DNA of 64,000 bases from a virus (Duplodnaviria > Heunggongvirae > Uroviricota > Caudoviricetes). Where the stretch lies: the IMG/VR virus record IMGVR_UViG_3300008114_001632. One strand, written 5' to 3'. The notes beneath the pieces were generated by a model that ran no database searches, was not told the origin of the DNA, and saw only the letters and a list, made by a program, of their open reading frames with translations. Position 1 is the stretch's first letter. Each line of letters opens with the position of its first letter. The position numbers and the translations under genes are program-made. Shown one piece after another: positions 9,196 through 17,954 of this stretch.

Positions 9196-9364
9196 TGTCT
9201 CCTTGTTCTAATGCTTCTTTTAATTGCTTATCTTCATACTCAGCTAAACGTTGTCTAAATTCTTCTTCAGGCAGTCCGTGCCAACCAATACATTTACCTG
9301 TAGGACTGCGACCACATCCGCAGTTACCGATTTCGTTAACATCTTCTTTTACTCTTACTTGCAT
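9185..9364 (-). CDS. CDGSH-type iron-sulfur-binding-like small protein (59 aa, missing from the ORF track)
   Basis: manual translation MQVRVKEDVNEIGNCGCGRSPTGKCIGWHGLPEEEFRQRLAEYEDKQLKEALEQGDNDA; C-x-C-x2-S...C-x-G-x-H; overlaps both neighbours. Confidence 0.7.
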   Translation of the reverse strand: MQVRVKEDVNEIGNCGCGRSPTGKCIGWHGLPEEEFRQRLAEYEDKQLKEALEQGDNDA

Positions 9365-9708
9365 ATAGTTTCCTTTTTATAGTTGCCTTTTTCTGGTATA
9401 ACATGACGTACTCCGCCTCTAGGATCTTCCATGTCTCCCTTTCTACGGGGAATTAAGTGTATGTGCGGATACATAACAGTTTGGCCTGCTGCCTCGCCTA
9501 CATTTTGTCCAATATTAAATGCATCGCAGTATCCACGCTCAACCCAGTCATAACCCCACTTGTAGGCTGCTTCCCAACATTTTACCATGTGAGACCAATC
9601 TTCTACTTTAGGTACAAACAATAAATGTCCGTCAGTTACAGGAAATCCGTCCTTGTATACTGTAAAATCTTTAGAATCAATTAATACGTTAGTCCATGGT
9701 CCTGGCAT
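9355..9708 (-). CDS. HIT-family nucleotide hydrolase
   Basis: DGFPVTDGHLLFVP and NIGQ...AGQTVMYPHIHLIPR; first His of the triad replaced by Tyr. Confidence 0.85.
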   Translation of the reverse strand: MPGPWTNVLIDSKDFTVYKDGFPVTDGHLLFVPKVEDWSHMVKCWEAAYKWGYDWVERGYCDAFNIGQNVGEAAGQTVMYPHIHLIPRRKGDMEDPRGGVRHVIPEKGNYKKETICK

Positions 9709-9940
9709 TTTTCTGTTCCTCATAGGATTTAAATAAACGAGTTACTGCTTCCATTTGTTCTTGGAATACATCTGGTGCGCCGTCGGCTGCACGTTTCATA
9801 TCCCAGTCGCTAGGATAATGACGCAAACAATGTCTAGCGCCGTCTTTAATTGCTTTCGGGACTCGAGGAGTATTCAGAATCTCAACTAAAAATTTTTGAG
9901 TCTGTACCACTGCTCGATACCTTTCGTCAGGTAGTGTCAT
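9689..9940 (-). CDS. small conserved protein (resembles BPSL0761 family)
   Basis: MTLPDER...PRVPK...CLRHYP pattern recognised from memory. Confidence 0.55.
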   Translation of the reverse strand: MTLPDERYRAVVQTQKFLVEILNTPRVPKAIKDGARHCLRHYPSDWDMKRAADGAPDVFQEQMEAVTRLFKSYEEQKNARTMD

Positions 9941-10482
9941 TCTGATTGTTCCCATGGATATACTAACCAAACATCTTCTTCTGCCTTGTTTACTTCTGTA
10001 CTGTAGTAGCTAACTTCGTCAAACTTAGAACTTAGATTGTTAGTTAGCACTGCAAATCTAACGTTCTTACCCCACACACTATTCCATGCTGAATCTTCGT
10101 TTGGAAAACATCCACTAGACCAATCTTCTTTGATCCAATTAAACGTAGCACCGGTATCGTTGATATCATCGATAACAAGGATATTCTTTCTTTTTGAAAT
10201 ATCCCATCTACTCTTTAATGTCAATTGCTCTTCAGGTGATACAACCCCAAATGCATCTTCAGCTATACCTAAATCACTTACACATTGGCCACCATCACGC
10301 AGACTAACTTCTAGTGGGCGCATAGGAATATCAGTTAGATGACTTAGTATTACAGCAGGTATAGCACCGCCACGAGTAATACCAACAATGTAGTCTGGAC
10401 GCCAATTATCTTTGTACATCTGCATACTGATGCCTACACACATGTGTTGAATATCAGACCAAGTGTAGTAGAGTTTCTTCAT
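9937..10482 (-). CDS. type I phosphoribosyltransferase (purine PRT-like)
   Basis: IVGITRGG; PRPP-binding loop ILVIDDINDTGAT; C-terminal WLVYPWE. Confidence 0.85.
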   Translation of the reverse strand: MKKLYYTWSDIQHMCVGISMQMYKDNWRPDYIVGITRGGAIPAVILSHLTDIPMRPLEVSLRDGGQCVSDLGIAEDAFGVVSPEEQLTLKSRWDISKRKNILVIDDINDTGATFNWIKEDWSSGCFPNEDSAWNSVWGKNVRFAVLTNNLSSKFDEVSYYSTEVNKAEEDVWLVYPWEQSE

Positions 10483-10709
10483 TGCGTTAAACCGTAGGCC
10501 AATGCTTGAAGTTCTTCTTTAGTCATAAAAAAATTGTATGTTTGACTATCGGCAACTTCACCGTCTTTTAAACTTTCTTGAATAAGTTCAAGACTAAACA
10601 ATCCCTTAGGGTTTAGTACTTCGTGTTTTACCATGCGTACACGATAACCATCGTGTTCTTTAATTGTCATTTCTCTACGAGTGTGTGCAACTGATTCATG
10701 TAGTTTCAT
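10479..10709 (-). CDS. hypothetical protein
   Basis: 76-aa ORF, coupled overlaps. Confidence 0.7.
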   Translation of the reverse strand: MKLHESVAHTRREMTIKEHDGYRVRMVKHEVLNPKGLFSLELIQESLKDGEVADSQTYNFFMTKEELQALAYGLTQ

Positions 10710-11131
10710 TTTGAGTCCTTTATAGTTTCAAATATTTTATACTTTTCTTCGGCAAGTCGATACTCTTGTGCCGCCTCTTTAATTTTTATATTAACATCAC
10801 TTTGAAGTTTTTGCAAGAGTAATTGATATTGTTCTCCTGATTGTTTAAGTCCTTTAAACTTTGATTCTAAATCCCTGTTACGATTTACAACGCCAGTGAC
10901 TGCCATTAAATCTTTAAGTACTTGTTCAACATCAATGCCGTTAACGTCAAGCGGAACAGTAACAGTCATCCGACCTTGATTTATTATCAAACTAGCATCT
11001 ACAGACGAATTAGTAATTGCAGAGGTAGTATATCCACCATTGACTACTGTATTGTTATTAGGAGCAAGATTATTATACAATGAATTAACAGTCCATGCAA
11101 TCGGATTGGATTTAGTATTAACTGTTCCCAT
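10706..11131 (-). CDS. hypothetical protein with C-terminal coiled coil
   Basis: 141-aa ORF. Confidence 0.7.
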   Translation of the reverse strand: MGTVNTKSNPIAWTVNSLYNNLAPNNNTVVNGGYTTSAITNSSVDASLIINQGRMTVTVPLDVNGIDVEQVLKDLMAVTGVVNRNRDLESKFKGLKQSGEQYQLLLQKLQSDVNIKIKEAAQEYRLAEEKYKIFETIKDSK

Positions 11132-11570
11132 GCCGTTCCTTTAGATATTGTTCGTTTGGTATCCATTTATTGTTAACTAAAAATCCCCAATCACGTTTAT
11201 GTGGACCAGGCATAAAAAGTGTCCAAGCAGTGACACCTTCTTTTAGTTCAATGCGATGATAGCTATTAGGACTGCAAATACGGAAATGCCCAGGACCTCT
11301 CCATTTACGCACTTCACATGATTTAGTGCCGTCTGAATTAAATTGCGGAATCCATTCGTAGTAACCGCCTTTAAGAATTAATGTAGCATAAGGCCAAGGA
11401 TGATCATGTACATCATCTGGATCGCCTTTTAAAAACTTGTGTAAAAATATATTGAAAGGAAAACGTTCTCTTTCTTTTAAGAAAAGATAGTAACGCTCTA
11501 AATACGGCTCGTCATTAACACGATCCATAATAATTCTTTTTCTACCTAAACGTTCAAGAATTTTCAGCAT
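11118..11570 (-). CDS. cupin-fold protein
   Basis: HKF...HDHPW...GGYYE...YHRI cupin motifs; start re-assigned to 11570. Confidence 0.7.
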   Translation of the reverse strand: MLKILERLGRKRIIMDRVNDEPYLERYYLFLKERERFPFNIFLHKFLKGDPDDVHDHPWPYATLILKGGYYEWIPQFNSDGTKSCEVRKWRGPGHFRICSPNSYHRIELKEGVTAWTLFMPGPHKRDWGFLVNNKWIPNEQYLKERHGNS

Positions 11571-11952
11571 CTTTCTTACCTTTCCAATCTTGTAGTACAA
11601 GATCGTATACTGTTTTGAAGTTTTCGTATACCTTTGCTAGTGCAGGGTATTCTTTACACATAGATTCAACTTCAACTATTTCGATATGCGTGTTTTGTGT
11701 GGTTACCCACCATTGGGGGTCTACAGGGCTTATTGTAGTGTAAGTTCCACCAGCGCCGCTGGTTATCGTATTATATCCACCTGCACCACTGCCTATACTA
11801 ATAGTATCATCAAGAGTTATTGTATAACTGCTATCTATTGAACCTAGATCTTGTGCTAGGATGCCAACACCGCTACCGCCAAGATATGTAGTTGTTGAAC
11901 CGTATGTGTCGTTTAAATTTATAACAACAGTGTTGGAATCTTTATCATCCAT
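11554..11952 (-). CDS. hypothetical protein (Thr/Gly-rich N-terminus, YPAL motif)
   Basis: 132-aa ORF. Confidence 0.7.
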   Translation of the reverse strand: MDDKDSNTVVINLNDTYGSTTTYLGGSGVGILAQDLGSIDSSYTITLDDTISIGSGAGGYNTITSGAGGTYTTISPVDPQWWVTTQNTHIEIVEVESMCKEYPALAKVYENFKTVYDLVLQDWKGKKDAENS

Positions 11953-13036
11953 TTATTGCCTCATAAAGAGCTTTTCCTGAGAAGAATTCTTTTTTAAGTT
12001 TTGCTGTTTGTTTAAGTAAGCTAGGAAGAAAACTTTCGTAATTTTCCATATATTCAACTACTTGATTTACTATTTGTTTTCTATTTTGAATATAAGATCC
12101 AAAATCTTCTGTCCATGTACTAGGATACTTAAACTCTGCTAAAGCCATTTCAGAATAGCTTAAACGATCAGGAACCATTGGAATAGCATTTACTAGAGCG
12201 CCTTCGTACCAACTAATACCTAATGTTTCTTGCAAGTTAGCTGAAAACACTAATTTAGCACGACCAAGAATATTATGATATTCGTTCTTAGTTAATTGTT
12301 GCTCTTGACAAATTACAAATTCATACTGAGGTAGTTGTTCTTTAAGATCGCGAAAAATATCAACTTGTTTCTCGGGAGCAATACGATGAGGGAAAACAAT
12401 TAAATTTTCCTTATCCATGCATTTGTAACTGTCTAGGCTGTGTTCTAGATATTCCATAGGCCAGCCCACACGTTTGATTCTAGGATGTTCGCCAGCCAAT
12501 GCATCAGCTATATCATCTTCTATCCAAGGATTATCTAGACCAAACAATGTTCTTACAAACATGTCAATGTGAAAATCTGTAGCAAAGAAGTTATCGTCGT
12601 ATGTAAAAAACATACTCTGTTCAGCATGTCTTACCCAAGGCTTGTTTCCAATCAGTCGACCTAAGAAATCTTGAGGATCATAACTACCAGCATGCCATAA
12701 GCCACCAATTCTGATATTAATGTTTAGCAATTCAGCCATGTAACGAAGCTGTATAACTGTAGGGTTCCACGCATCAGTATAAAGGAAGTAGTCGCCATCT
12801 TTAACATCTCCCCTACAAAACATCTCCCCTATGGTTTCCAACTGTTTACTTTTATAAACATTAGTACCACCAAAATTAAGAAATGCTCCAGGAGTTGTAG
12901 CTTGTGGTGTATCACCGCCACTAATGACTACTACTTCTTTATTCGTAGCATGATGCAGTTGTTTAGGTAAGTATTCCTTCCACTGCTTAGTATAGCGAGT
13001 GTCAACTGCTTCAATATCTACGATATAGATTGTCAT
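11945..13036 (-). CDS. GT-B fold glycosyltransferase (GT4-like)
   Basis: FPHRIAPEKQ and SANLQETLGISWYEG (E-x7-E) donor-binding motifs. Confidence 0.75.
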   Translation of the reverse strand: MTIYIVDIEAVDTRYTKQWKEYLPKQLHHATNKEVVVISGGDTPQATTPGAFLNFGGTNVYKSKQLETIGEMFCRGDVKDGDYFLYTDAWNPTVIQLRYMAELLNINIRIGGLWHAGSYDPQDFLGRLIGNKPWVRHAEQSMFFTYDDNFFATDFHIDMFVRTLFGLDNPWIEDDIADALAGEHPRIKRVGWPMEYLEHSLDSYKCMDKENLIVFPHRIAPEKQVDIFRDLKEQLPQYEFVICQEQQLTKNEYHNILGRAKLVFSANLQETLGISWYEGALVNAIPMVPDRLSYSEMALAEFKYPSTWTEDFGSYIQNRKQIVNQVVEYMENYESFLPSLLKQTAKLKKEFFSGKALYEAING

Positions 13037-13290
13037 TAAGAACCTCTACGGTCGTAAAAACGTTTTGCACCATTGTTAGTATTGGTGTTATTGTTGTAAT
13101 TATTAAATCTACCACGACTCTTCGATTTGTAGATTAAGAATTTTTGGTAAGCCTGCCAAACAGGCGACTGGGTATCATAAAGATCCTTCTCATCGAAAGG
13201 ATACCCACCGTAACCTTCGAAGCGACAAAAGTCGCGGAACTTATCCAAGTCGTCGAAAATTTTATTGACTGGAGGAAAAGTTTGTGCCAT
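13036..13290 (-). CDS. hypothetical protein
   Basis: 84-aa ORF with AAGG SD. Confidence 0.7.
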   Translation of the reverse strand: MAQTFPPVNKIFDDLDKFRDFCRFEGYGGYPFDEKDLYDTQSPVWQAYQKFLIYKSKSRGRFNNYNNNTNTNNGAKRFYDRRGS

Positions 13291-13303
13291 TTTAATTTAC
13301 CTT

Positions 13304-13693
13304 TTAAAGATTGAATGGATAATAGATAAGTGAGCCGTTTTCTCCATCTTCGGAGACTTCTATTTCGACAAAGCGGCCTGGAAACTTTGAACGAATTTGC
13401 TGATACAAATCATCTGAAATCATCTCACATGATTTGTGATTCAGTTCTAGTGTGCCTTGATTATAAAGATTTTCTAACCAACGCTTAAATTGAATAAATT
13501 CGATGTCACGATCGTCGTGAAACACTTCGATACGAATTTTAAAGTGAAAAATGTGTCTATGGGGATAGCCTAGAAAACTTACGTCATACTGATCTCCAGT
13601 TTTTAGATTAGGGTCTGTAAGTGCTGCCGGGTAAAGATGAATGCCTTCTTTACGGAAGGTTACCCAGATGCTTTTTGTAATTGCTGTACTCAT
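13304..13693 (-). CDS. dpdL: QueD-paralogous T-fold protein, candidate CDG decarboxylase (DpdL-like)
   Basis: EGIH, LGYPHRHIF (LxxxHRHxF instead of QueD CxxxHGH), SCE; in the deazaguanine cluster. Confidence 0.6.
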   Translation of the reverse strand: MSTAITKSIWVTFRKEGIHLYPAALTDPNLKTGDQYDVSFLGYPHRHIFHFKIRIEVFHDDRDIEFIQFKRWLENLYNQGTLELNHKSCEMISDDLYQQIRSKFPGRFVEIEVSEDGENGSLIYYPFNL

Positions 13694-13699
13694 GTTCTT

Positions 13700-13728
13700 A
13701 TGATACTTTCAATGTAGGTAGTTGTCAA
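13700..13728 (-). promoter_or_regulatory. sigma70 promoter, probably giving a leaderless mRNA
   Basis: TTGACA-N17-TATCAT, 6 nt before the ATG at 13693, no SD. Confidence 0.7.
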
Positions 13729-13729
13729 C

Positions 13730-14254
13730 TTATTTGATAACTTCGTCTTCGGAATATTGAGACCATTCGGTAAACTTTGAACGATCCATTAGGTCGTGTA
13801 GGCTGTGACACCAAACACCGGGATTAGATGCTTTAAAATCTTTGTCGTCAATCTTAAGCATTGTGTTGTAATTCCATAAACGGATGTATGGAATAGGAAC
13901 TCGAATCTGTGGAATAAAATTGCTATACTCGTTAAATGCACTGTCGTTGAATGTTTCAACGTGGGATAATGGAATGTCTAAAGTACATAGAACACCTTGT
14001 TCCAAGAATGGAAGAATCATAGATTCCCACTCTAACCATGCGTCAAAGCTACCTATGTCAGGATGAAAGCTGTGATTAGCACCAAAGAAAATATGCTTTA
14101 CATCTTGTTCGATCATGTGCTTTTCTACAACGTCTGGACTATGAACCCCTGTAACAAACAGTGTGGGCATTCCATAAGCAGGAGTTTTTTCTATTTCATA
14201 TCCAAAGAAAAATACTGCGTCATCTGCTTCACCTGTGCTGTAATCTCTTTTCAT
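13730..14254 (-). CDS. hypothetical protein in the dpd cluster
   Basis: 174-aa ORF between dpdA and the QueD-like gene. Confidence 0.8.
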   Translation of the reverse strand: MKRDYSTGEADDAVFFFGYEIEKTPAYGMPTLFVTGVHSPDVVEKHMIEQDVKHIFFGANHSFHPDIGSFDAWLEWESMILPFLEQGVLCTLDIPLSHVETFNDSAFNEYSNFIPQIRVPIPYIRLWNYNTMLKIDDKDFKASNPGVWCHSLHDLMDRSKFTEWSQYSEDEVIK

Positions 14255-14460
14255 GTTAAAGTCATTCTTATTAATTGTTGGTTGATTCGATGTATCTCGT
14301 CTTTAAGCCATAGCTTCATAGTTTTCTTTTTTCGAACTTCGTCTGAGGCTGTTATATTATTATAGCGTACTTCAATTTCTGTGTCAAGCTCTTTATGTCG
14401 CCGTTCTAATTCTTCTAGATGTGCTTTGAGTTTATCATAGTCATTATTAAAGTTGCTCAT
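14251..14460 (-). CDS. DUF465/YdcH-like coiled-coil protein
   Basis: LEELERRHKELD...KKKTMKLWLKDEI. Confidence 0.7.
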   Translation of the reverse strand: MSNFNNDYDKLKAHLEELERRHKELDTEIEVRYNNITASDEVRKKKTMKLWLKDEIHRINQQLIRMTLT

Positions 14461-16006
14461 CCTCTAACGCCTCCAATTTATGTTCTTCATCTTCTGTAAA
14501 ACAACCATCTTCCAGTTCTTCTACTTCAGGTTCAACTACATCAAACAAAGCTCCAAAATATGTGCTAGAGTTTACAGTCTTTTTACCAATGGCGCCTCTA
14601 GTGCCTGGAATAGCCATCCAAAACTTTGAGTTTTGTTCTATCAACTTATTTGCAGCTTCTCTTGTAGTCTGTGAAAAGATTTCTTCTACAAGATCTCTAA
14701 AGAACACCCTGTCAAACTTTTCTTGTACAAGCATGTTTGGTACAACTCCAGCATCATACTGTCTGTTAGCTTCCTGTACTGCATTAATATGGCTCCAAAC
14801 ATTATGGCCCATTTGAATAGCGTAACTAAAACTATCCCAACTTGTGCGACCTTCTTTGCCAATTTTATTCAAGTCACCTGGTTTGTAAACGCATACATCA
14901 CTAACTTTCATTTCTGCTGTAATAGGACTATCTTCAAAGTTTTTAAAGATACCATCTTGCAATACTGCTTGTTTAAAAGTTCTAGTATCAGTTGCATACT
15001 TTTTATCGTCAATGCTTGGAACCATTCTATAGGTCCACTTGCCTCTATCAGGTGTTTCGTTCTGAATATAAATCTGTCCATTAGCAGTTGCTAAGAATGG
15101 ACTTGCACAGTCAAATGTCAACATCATAGTAGGATTGTAATACTTACGAATAGCACGTTGTAAGTCTGTAAGCAAACATGCCCACTCTAACTTACTAGTA
15201 CCCAAGAAGTGCATTACATCATGTACGCCACTTTGTAGTAAGCCATCAAAGTGTAGTGCTACTATACGTTTAAGTACTAGATGCACGTCACACATATTTT
15301 GCCCACCCATTGACCACCCATTAAAGTGATTGTCAGGATACTTAACTGGATCGCAATAATCTTTCATCTGCTGATACCAATCTTCTGCATCTGTATGATT
15401 CTCACCTTGTAGTACGTTTAAGAACTTACAAGCACCTGTACGATGCTTCATCCAATAATCGTTATTGATACGTGTTGCGGTTACAGCTTCGTCGTATGTA
15501 CTAATGCCTGTAGCTTTTGCACCTTCGGGTGAGCGAGCGACCCAGGCAGGAATATCAAGTACCATGCCATAGTCCATATACGCATCCATCCAACGTAATA
15601 CACCATCTCGTTTCTTTTGTGCCTTAGGACAATTAGGATCTTTCCAATCACCTTCCCAAACACCCTTACCAATCTGGAAACCACCTGAGTCGCCTAGTAA
15701 CCAAGTGTTTTGACGATCCCTGTTCCGTACCATATCTTCTTTAGGCACAATTTTGTTTGTATCTAAATCAGCGTGACCCGCAGAGTAAAGCGTCCACTTA
15801 TAGGTAAACGCTCCCTGTTGTGCATTTAGATAGTTAAGACTTTCTACACCATTTTGAAAGTTAGCCGGAATACGAGTGTCTTCGATGTAAGGACCTTTAA
15901 CAGGATCAGGAAAACGCTGCTTGCCCACGTAAGTTGCATAAAAGCCACTTAGTGCTGGTAAAAAGTGTGCGTAATCGTTTTGTGTTGCTGTTAAGTCTTT
16001 ATTCAT
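14447..16006 (-). CDS. dpdA: TGT-fold guanine transglycosylase, DpdA family (DNA 7-deazaguanine insertion)
   Basis: GDSGGFQ, LDIP, VLQG, SMGG, HFLG, FDCAS, GHN; no CxCxxC Zn site as in tRNA Tgt; clustered with folE/queE. Confidence 0.8.
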   Translation of the reverse strand: MNKDLTATQNDYAHFLPALSGFYATYVGKQRFPDPVKGPYIEDTRIPANFQNGVESLNYLNAQQGAFTYKWTLYSAGHADLDTNKIVPKEDMVRNRDRQNTWLLGDSGGFQIGKGVWEGDWKDPNCPKAQKKRDGVLRWMDAYMDYGMVLDIPAWVARSPEGAKATGISTYDEAVTATRINNDYWMKHRTGACKFLNVLQGENHTDAEDWYQQMKDYCDPVKYPDNHFNGWSMGGQNMCDVHLVLKRIVALHFDGLLQSGVHDVMHFLGTSKLEWACLLTDLQRAIRKYYNPTMMLTFDCASPFLATANGQIYIQNETPDRGKWTYRMVPSIDDKKYATDTRTFKQAVLQDGIFKNFEDSPITAEMKVSDVCVYKPGDLNKIGKEGRTSWDSFSYAIQMGHNVWSHINAVQEANRQYDAGVVPNMLVQEKFDRVFFRDLVEEIFSQTTREAANKLIEQNSKFWMAIPGTRGAIGKKTVNSSTYFGALFDVVEPEVEELEDGCFTEDEEHKLEALEDEQL

Positions 16007-16008
16007 TA

Positions 16009-16359
16009 TTATACCAAATGTTGTGCCAATACCATACAGCTAATCCAAGCCCATATAGTGTTGAACCCTACTAATGTTGGTAACAGTTTCTTCTCGCTAG
16101 CCCAAATCAATGTTAGACTTGTAAACAACGTGAAGAAATATAACCACCAAATTTGTATACCAAATATTAAGCCAGGAACAATAATAAAGGCCTTAGCCGC
16201 CCAACTGGCAAACTCTACTGTATTATAGTCAGTCCAATATTCCTTTGTAAACCACATGCCGTAACATTCTTTAATTTTTTTAAATCCTATGTGACCATAT
16301 ACAGCGCCACACAGAACTAAAAATGCTAAACATGCAGATAGTATTTGTACACTATTCAT
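16009..16359 (-). CDS. small multi-TM membrane protein
   Basis: about 3-4 hydrophobic segments. Confidence 0.75.
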   Translation of the reverse strand: MNSVQILSACLAFLVLCGAVYGHIGFKKIKECYGMWFTKEYWTDYNTVEFASWAAKAFIIVPGLIFGIQIWWLYFFTLFTSLTLIWASEKKLLPTLVGFNTIWAWISCMVLAQHLV

Positions 16360-17090
16360 TACTTGCTCTGCGCAGGAAGAATGTAATCGTATTTTGCTAA
16401 TCCGCTGTCAATACTGATCATCATAGCACCTTGATCAGAAATGCTCACAGTAGAGTCACCGTCTAGATTTAGAATACTTTGAATTTGTGCAACTGGCCAA
16501 CTCCATGCATGCTTTAGAGATCCAGATATATCGTGTTGAAATACAAATGAACCTGCGTGTGTACTTGCGTCACCAAAGTAAAAAACTAGATTATTGTTCT
16601 CTGTCTTGACAGTAAAGATTGGCTCTTCGCTGTGTGCGGCGCTCATTAGCTTCATACGTTGAATTGATGCAACACTAGGTTTAAATGTTACTTCCCATGA
16701 TGCGCCTTTGAATTTAACAGTCTTAAGTTTTTCTTCGATAATTGCTTTGTTCATAAAGCGATAATCGTTTTCAAAGTCACCTGCGGCATTTTCAAAGTGA
16801 ATGTGTGTTGGAATAACGTCACCGTTTCTTTCTGCACTTTTAACTTCAATCTTTGCCTTATCCTTATACTCAGGATTTTTTAAATGGAGAGAAAGTTTAT
16901 CTAAGTTTGGCATACCAAATGTGCCAATAAATTCAGCGACTGGTTTATGAGTGCTTGCAGTTAAAATAACAGAACGATCTTCTGCCATTGAATCAATAGT
17001 AGTTGATCCGTTTTCTGAATTAACTTTCACTAGTGCTAAAAATCCTAGTGCGTGTGTATGTGCTACGATATCTTGTAGTATGTCTTTCAT
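16359..17090 (-). CDS. sliding clamp / DNA polymerase processivity factor (gp45-like)
   Basis: 243 aa alternating beta/alpha pattern, FGMPNL, C-terminal YDYILPA; near polB; clamp loader elsewhere in the window. Confidence 0.65.
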   Translation of the reverse strand: MKDILQDIVAHTHALGFLALVKVNSENGSTTIDSMAEDRSVILTASTHKPVAEFIGTFGMPNLDKLSLHLKNPEYKDKAKIEVKSAERNGDVIPTHIHFENAAGDFENDYRFMNKAIIEEKLKTVKFKGASWEVTFKPSVASIQRMKLMSAAHSEEPIFTVKTENNNLVFYFGDASTHAGSFVFQHDISGSLKHAWSWPVAQIQSILNLDGDSTVSISDQGAMMISIDSGLAKYDYILPAQSK

Positions 17091-17112
17091 GCCTGTATAT
17101 CTCCTTATTAAA

Positions 17113-17838
17113 TTACAGTTTAATGTCTAAGCCTTTATTTGTCAAGAACTCTTTGACATTGTATTTAGGTTCAAAGCCTAATTCTTTTAAAATTTCTATG
17201 TTTGCCTGTGTACACTTTCTTTCGTGTAGTCTATTTAAACGAAGCGGTTTTCCTGGAGCTAGATCTTGAACGTTAGTACTTTCGCCAGTACCAACATCAA
17301 CTACTCCTTTAATATTTGGATTTTTTATCAATAGCTCAATAGCATCACATAGATCCTCTACGTGAATAAAATCTCTAGAATGATCAGTGATATATTCTAG
17401 TGAGTTTGATAACAGTTTATCCAATAACATGCCTTTTCTAGGATTGTCAGAATACACAGTATGGAATCTCATACCCACGCTATTATCCGGAGCCATCATG
17501 TCCATGATATATTTGGATGCGGCATACGGATTTAGTGTAGGCTCATATGCTGAACTTGAACTTGCATACAGTATGCGAGCTTCACTAAACTGATCAAAAA
17601 TTCTACGCGATCCTTCAACGTTGACATGCCAATAAGGTCCAGGAAGCCGCATACTTTCTCTTACACCACTTTTTCCTGCTAGATGTATTACTACATCAAC
17701 TTCGTAATCAAGTGTACATGTTAGAATGTCTTTTCCATCTTTTAAATCTATACCATACATAGTATAGCCTCTATCCCACAAATATGGATAAAGGTGACTA
17801 CCAATAAATCCTTTATGACCTGTCATTAAAATACGCAT
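17113..17838 (-). CDS. NAD-dependent epimerase/dehydratase (extended SDR)
   Basis: TGHKGFIG, HLAG, ASSS, YAASK, RDFIHV. Confidence 0.9.
   Translation of the reverse strand: MRILMTGHKGFIGSHLYPYLWDRGYTMYGIDLKDGKDILTCTLDYEVDVVIHLAGKSGVRESMRLPGPYWHVNVEGSRRIFDQFSEARILYASSSSAYEPTLNPYAASKYIMDMMAPDNSVGMRFHTVYSDNPRKGMLLDKLLSNSLEYITDHSRDFIHVEDLCDAIELLIKNPNIKGVVDVGTGESTNVQDLAPGKPLRLNRLHERKCTQANIEILKELGFEPKYNVKEFLTNKGLDIKL
17117..17145 (-). promoter_or_regulatory. sigma70-like promoter
   Basis: TTGACA-N17-TAAACT at the end of the epimerase gene. Confidence 0.6.
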
Positions 17839-17842
17839 TACT

Positions 17843-17953
17843 TTAATCCTGAAATCTTTCTTTTAATTCTTTTAACATCTGAATGAGTTCTTCGATTATT
17901 TGTAAATCGTGATCTCTTTCTGTATCTACTTCTACTTCAATTTTAATTTTCAT
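17843..17953 (-). CDS. 36-aa hypothetical protein (not in ORF track)
   Basis: MKIKIEVEVDTERDHDLQIIEELIQMLKELKERFQD fills the polB-epimerase gap; GGAG SD. Confidence 0.6.
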   Translation of the reverse strand: MKIKIEVEVDTERDHDLQIIEELIQMLKELKERFQD

Positions 17954-17954
17954 T

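Noticed and set aside
14447-16006. Ordinary tRNA-guanine transglycosylase (Tgt)
   Set aside because: No C-terminal CxCxxC Zn site, much longer than Tgt, and clustered with base-synthesis and replication genes; a tRNA role is not formally excluded
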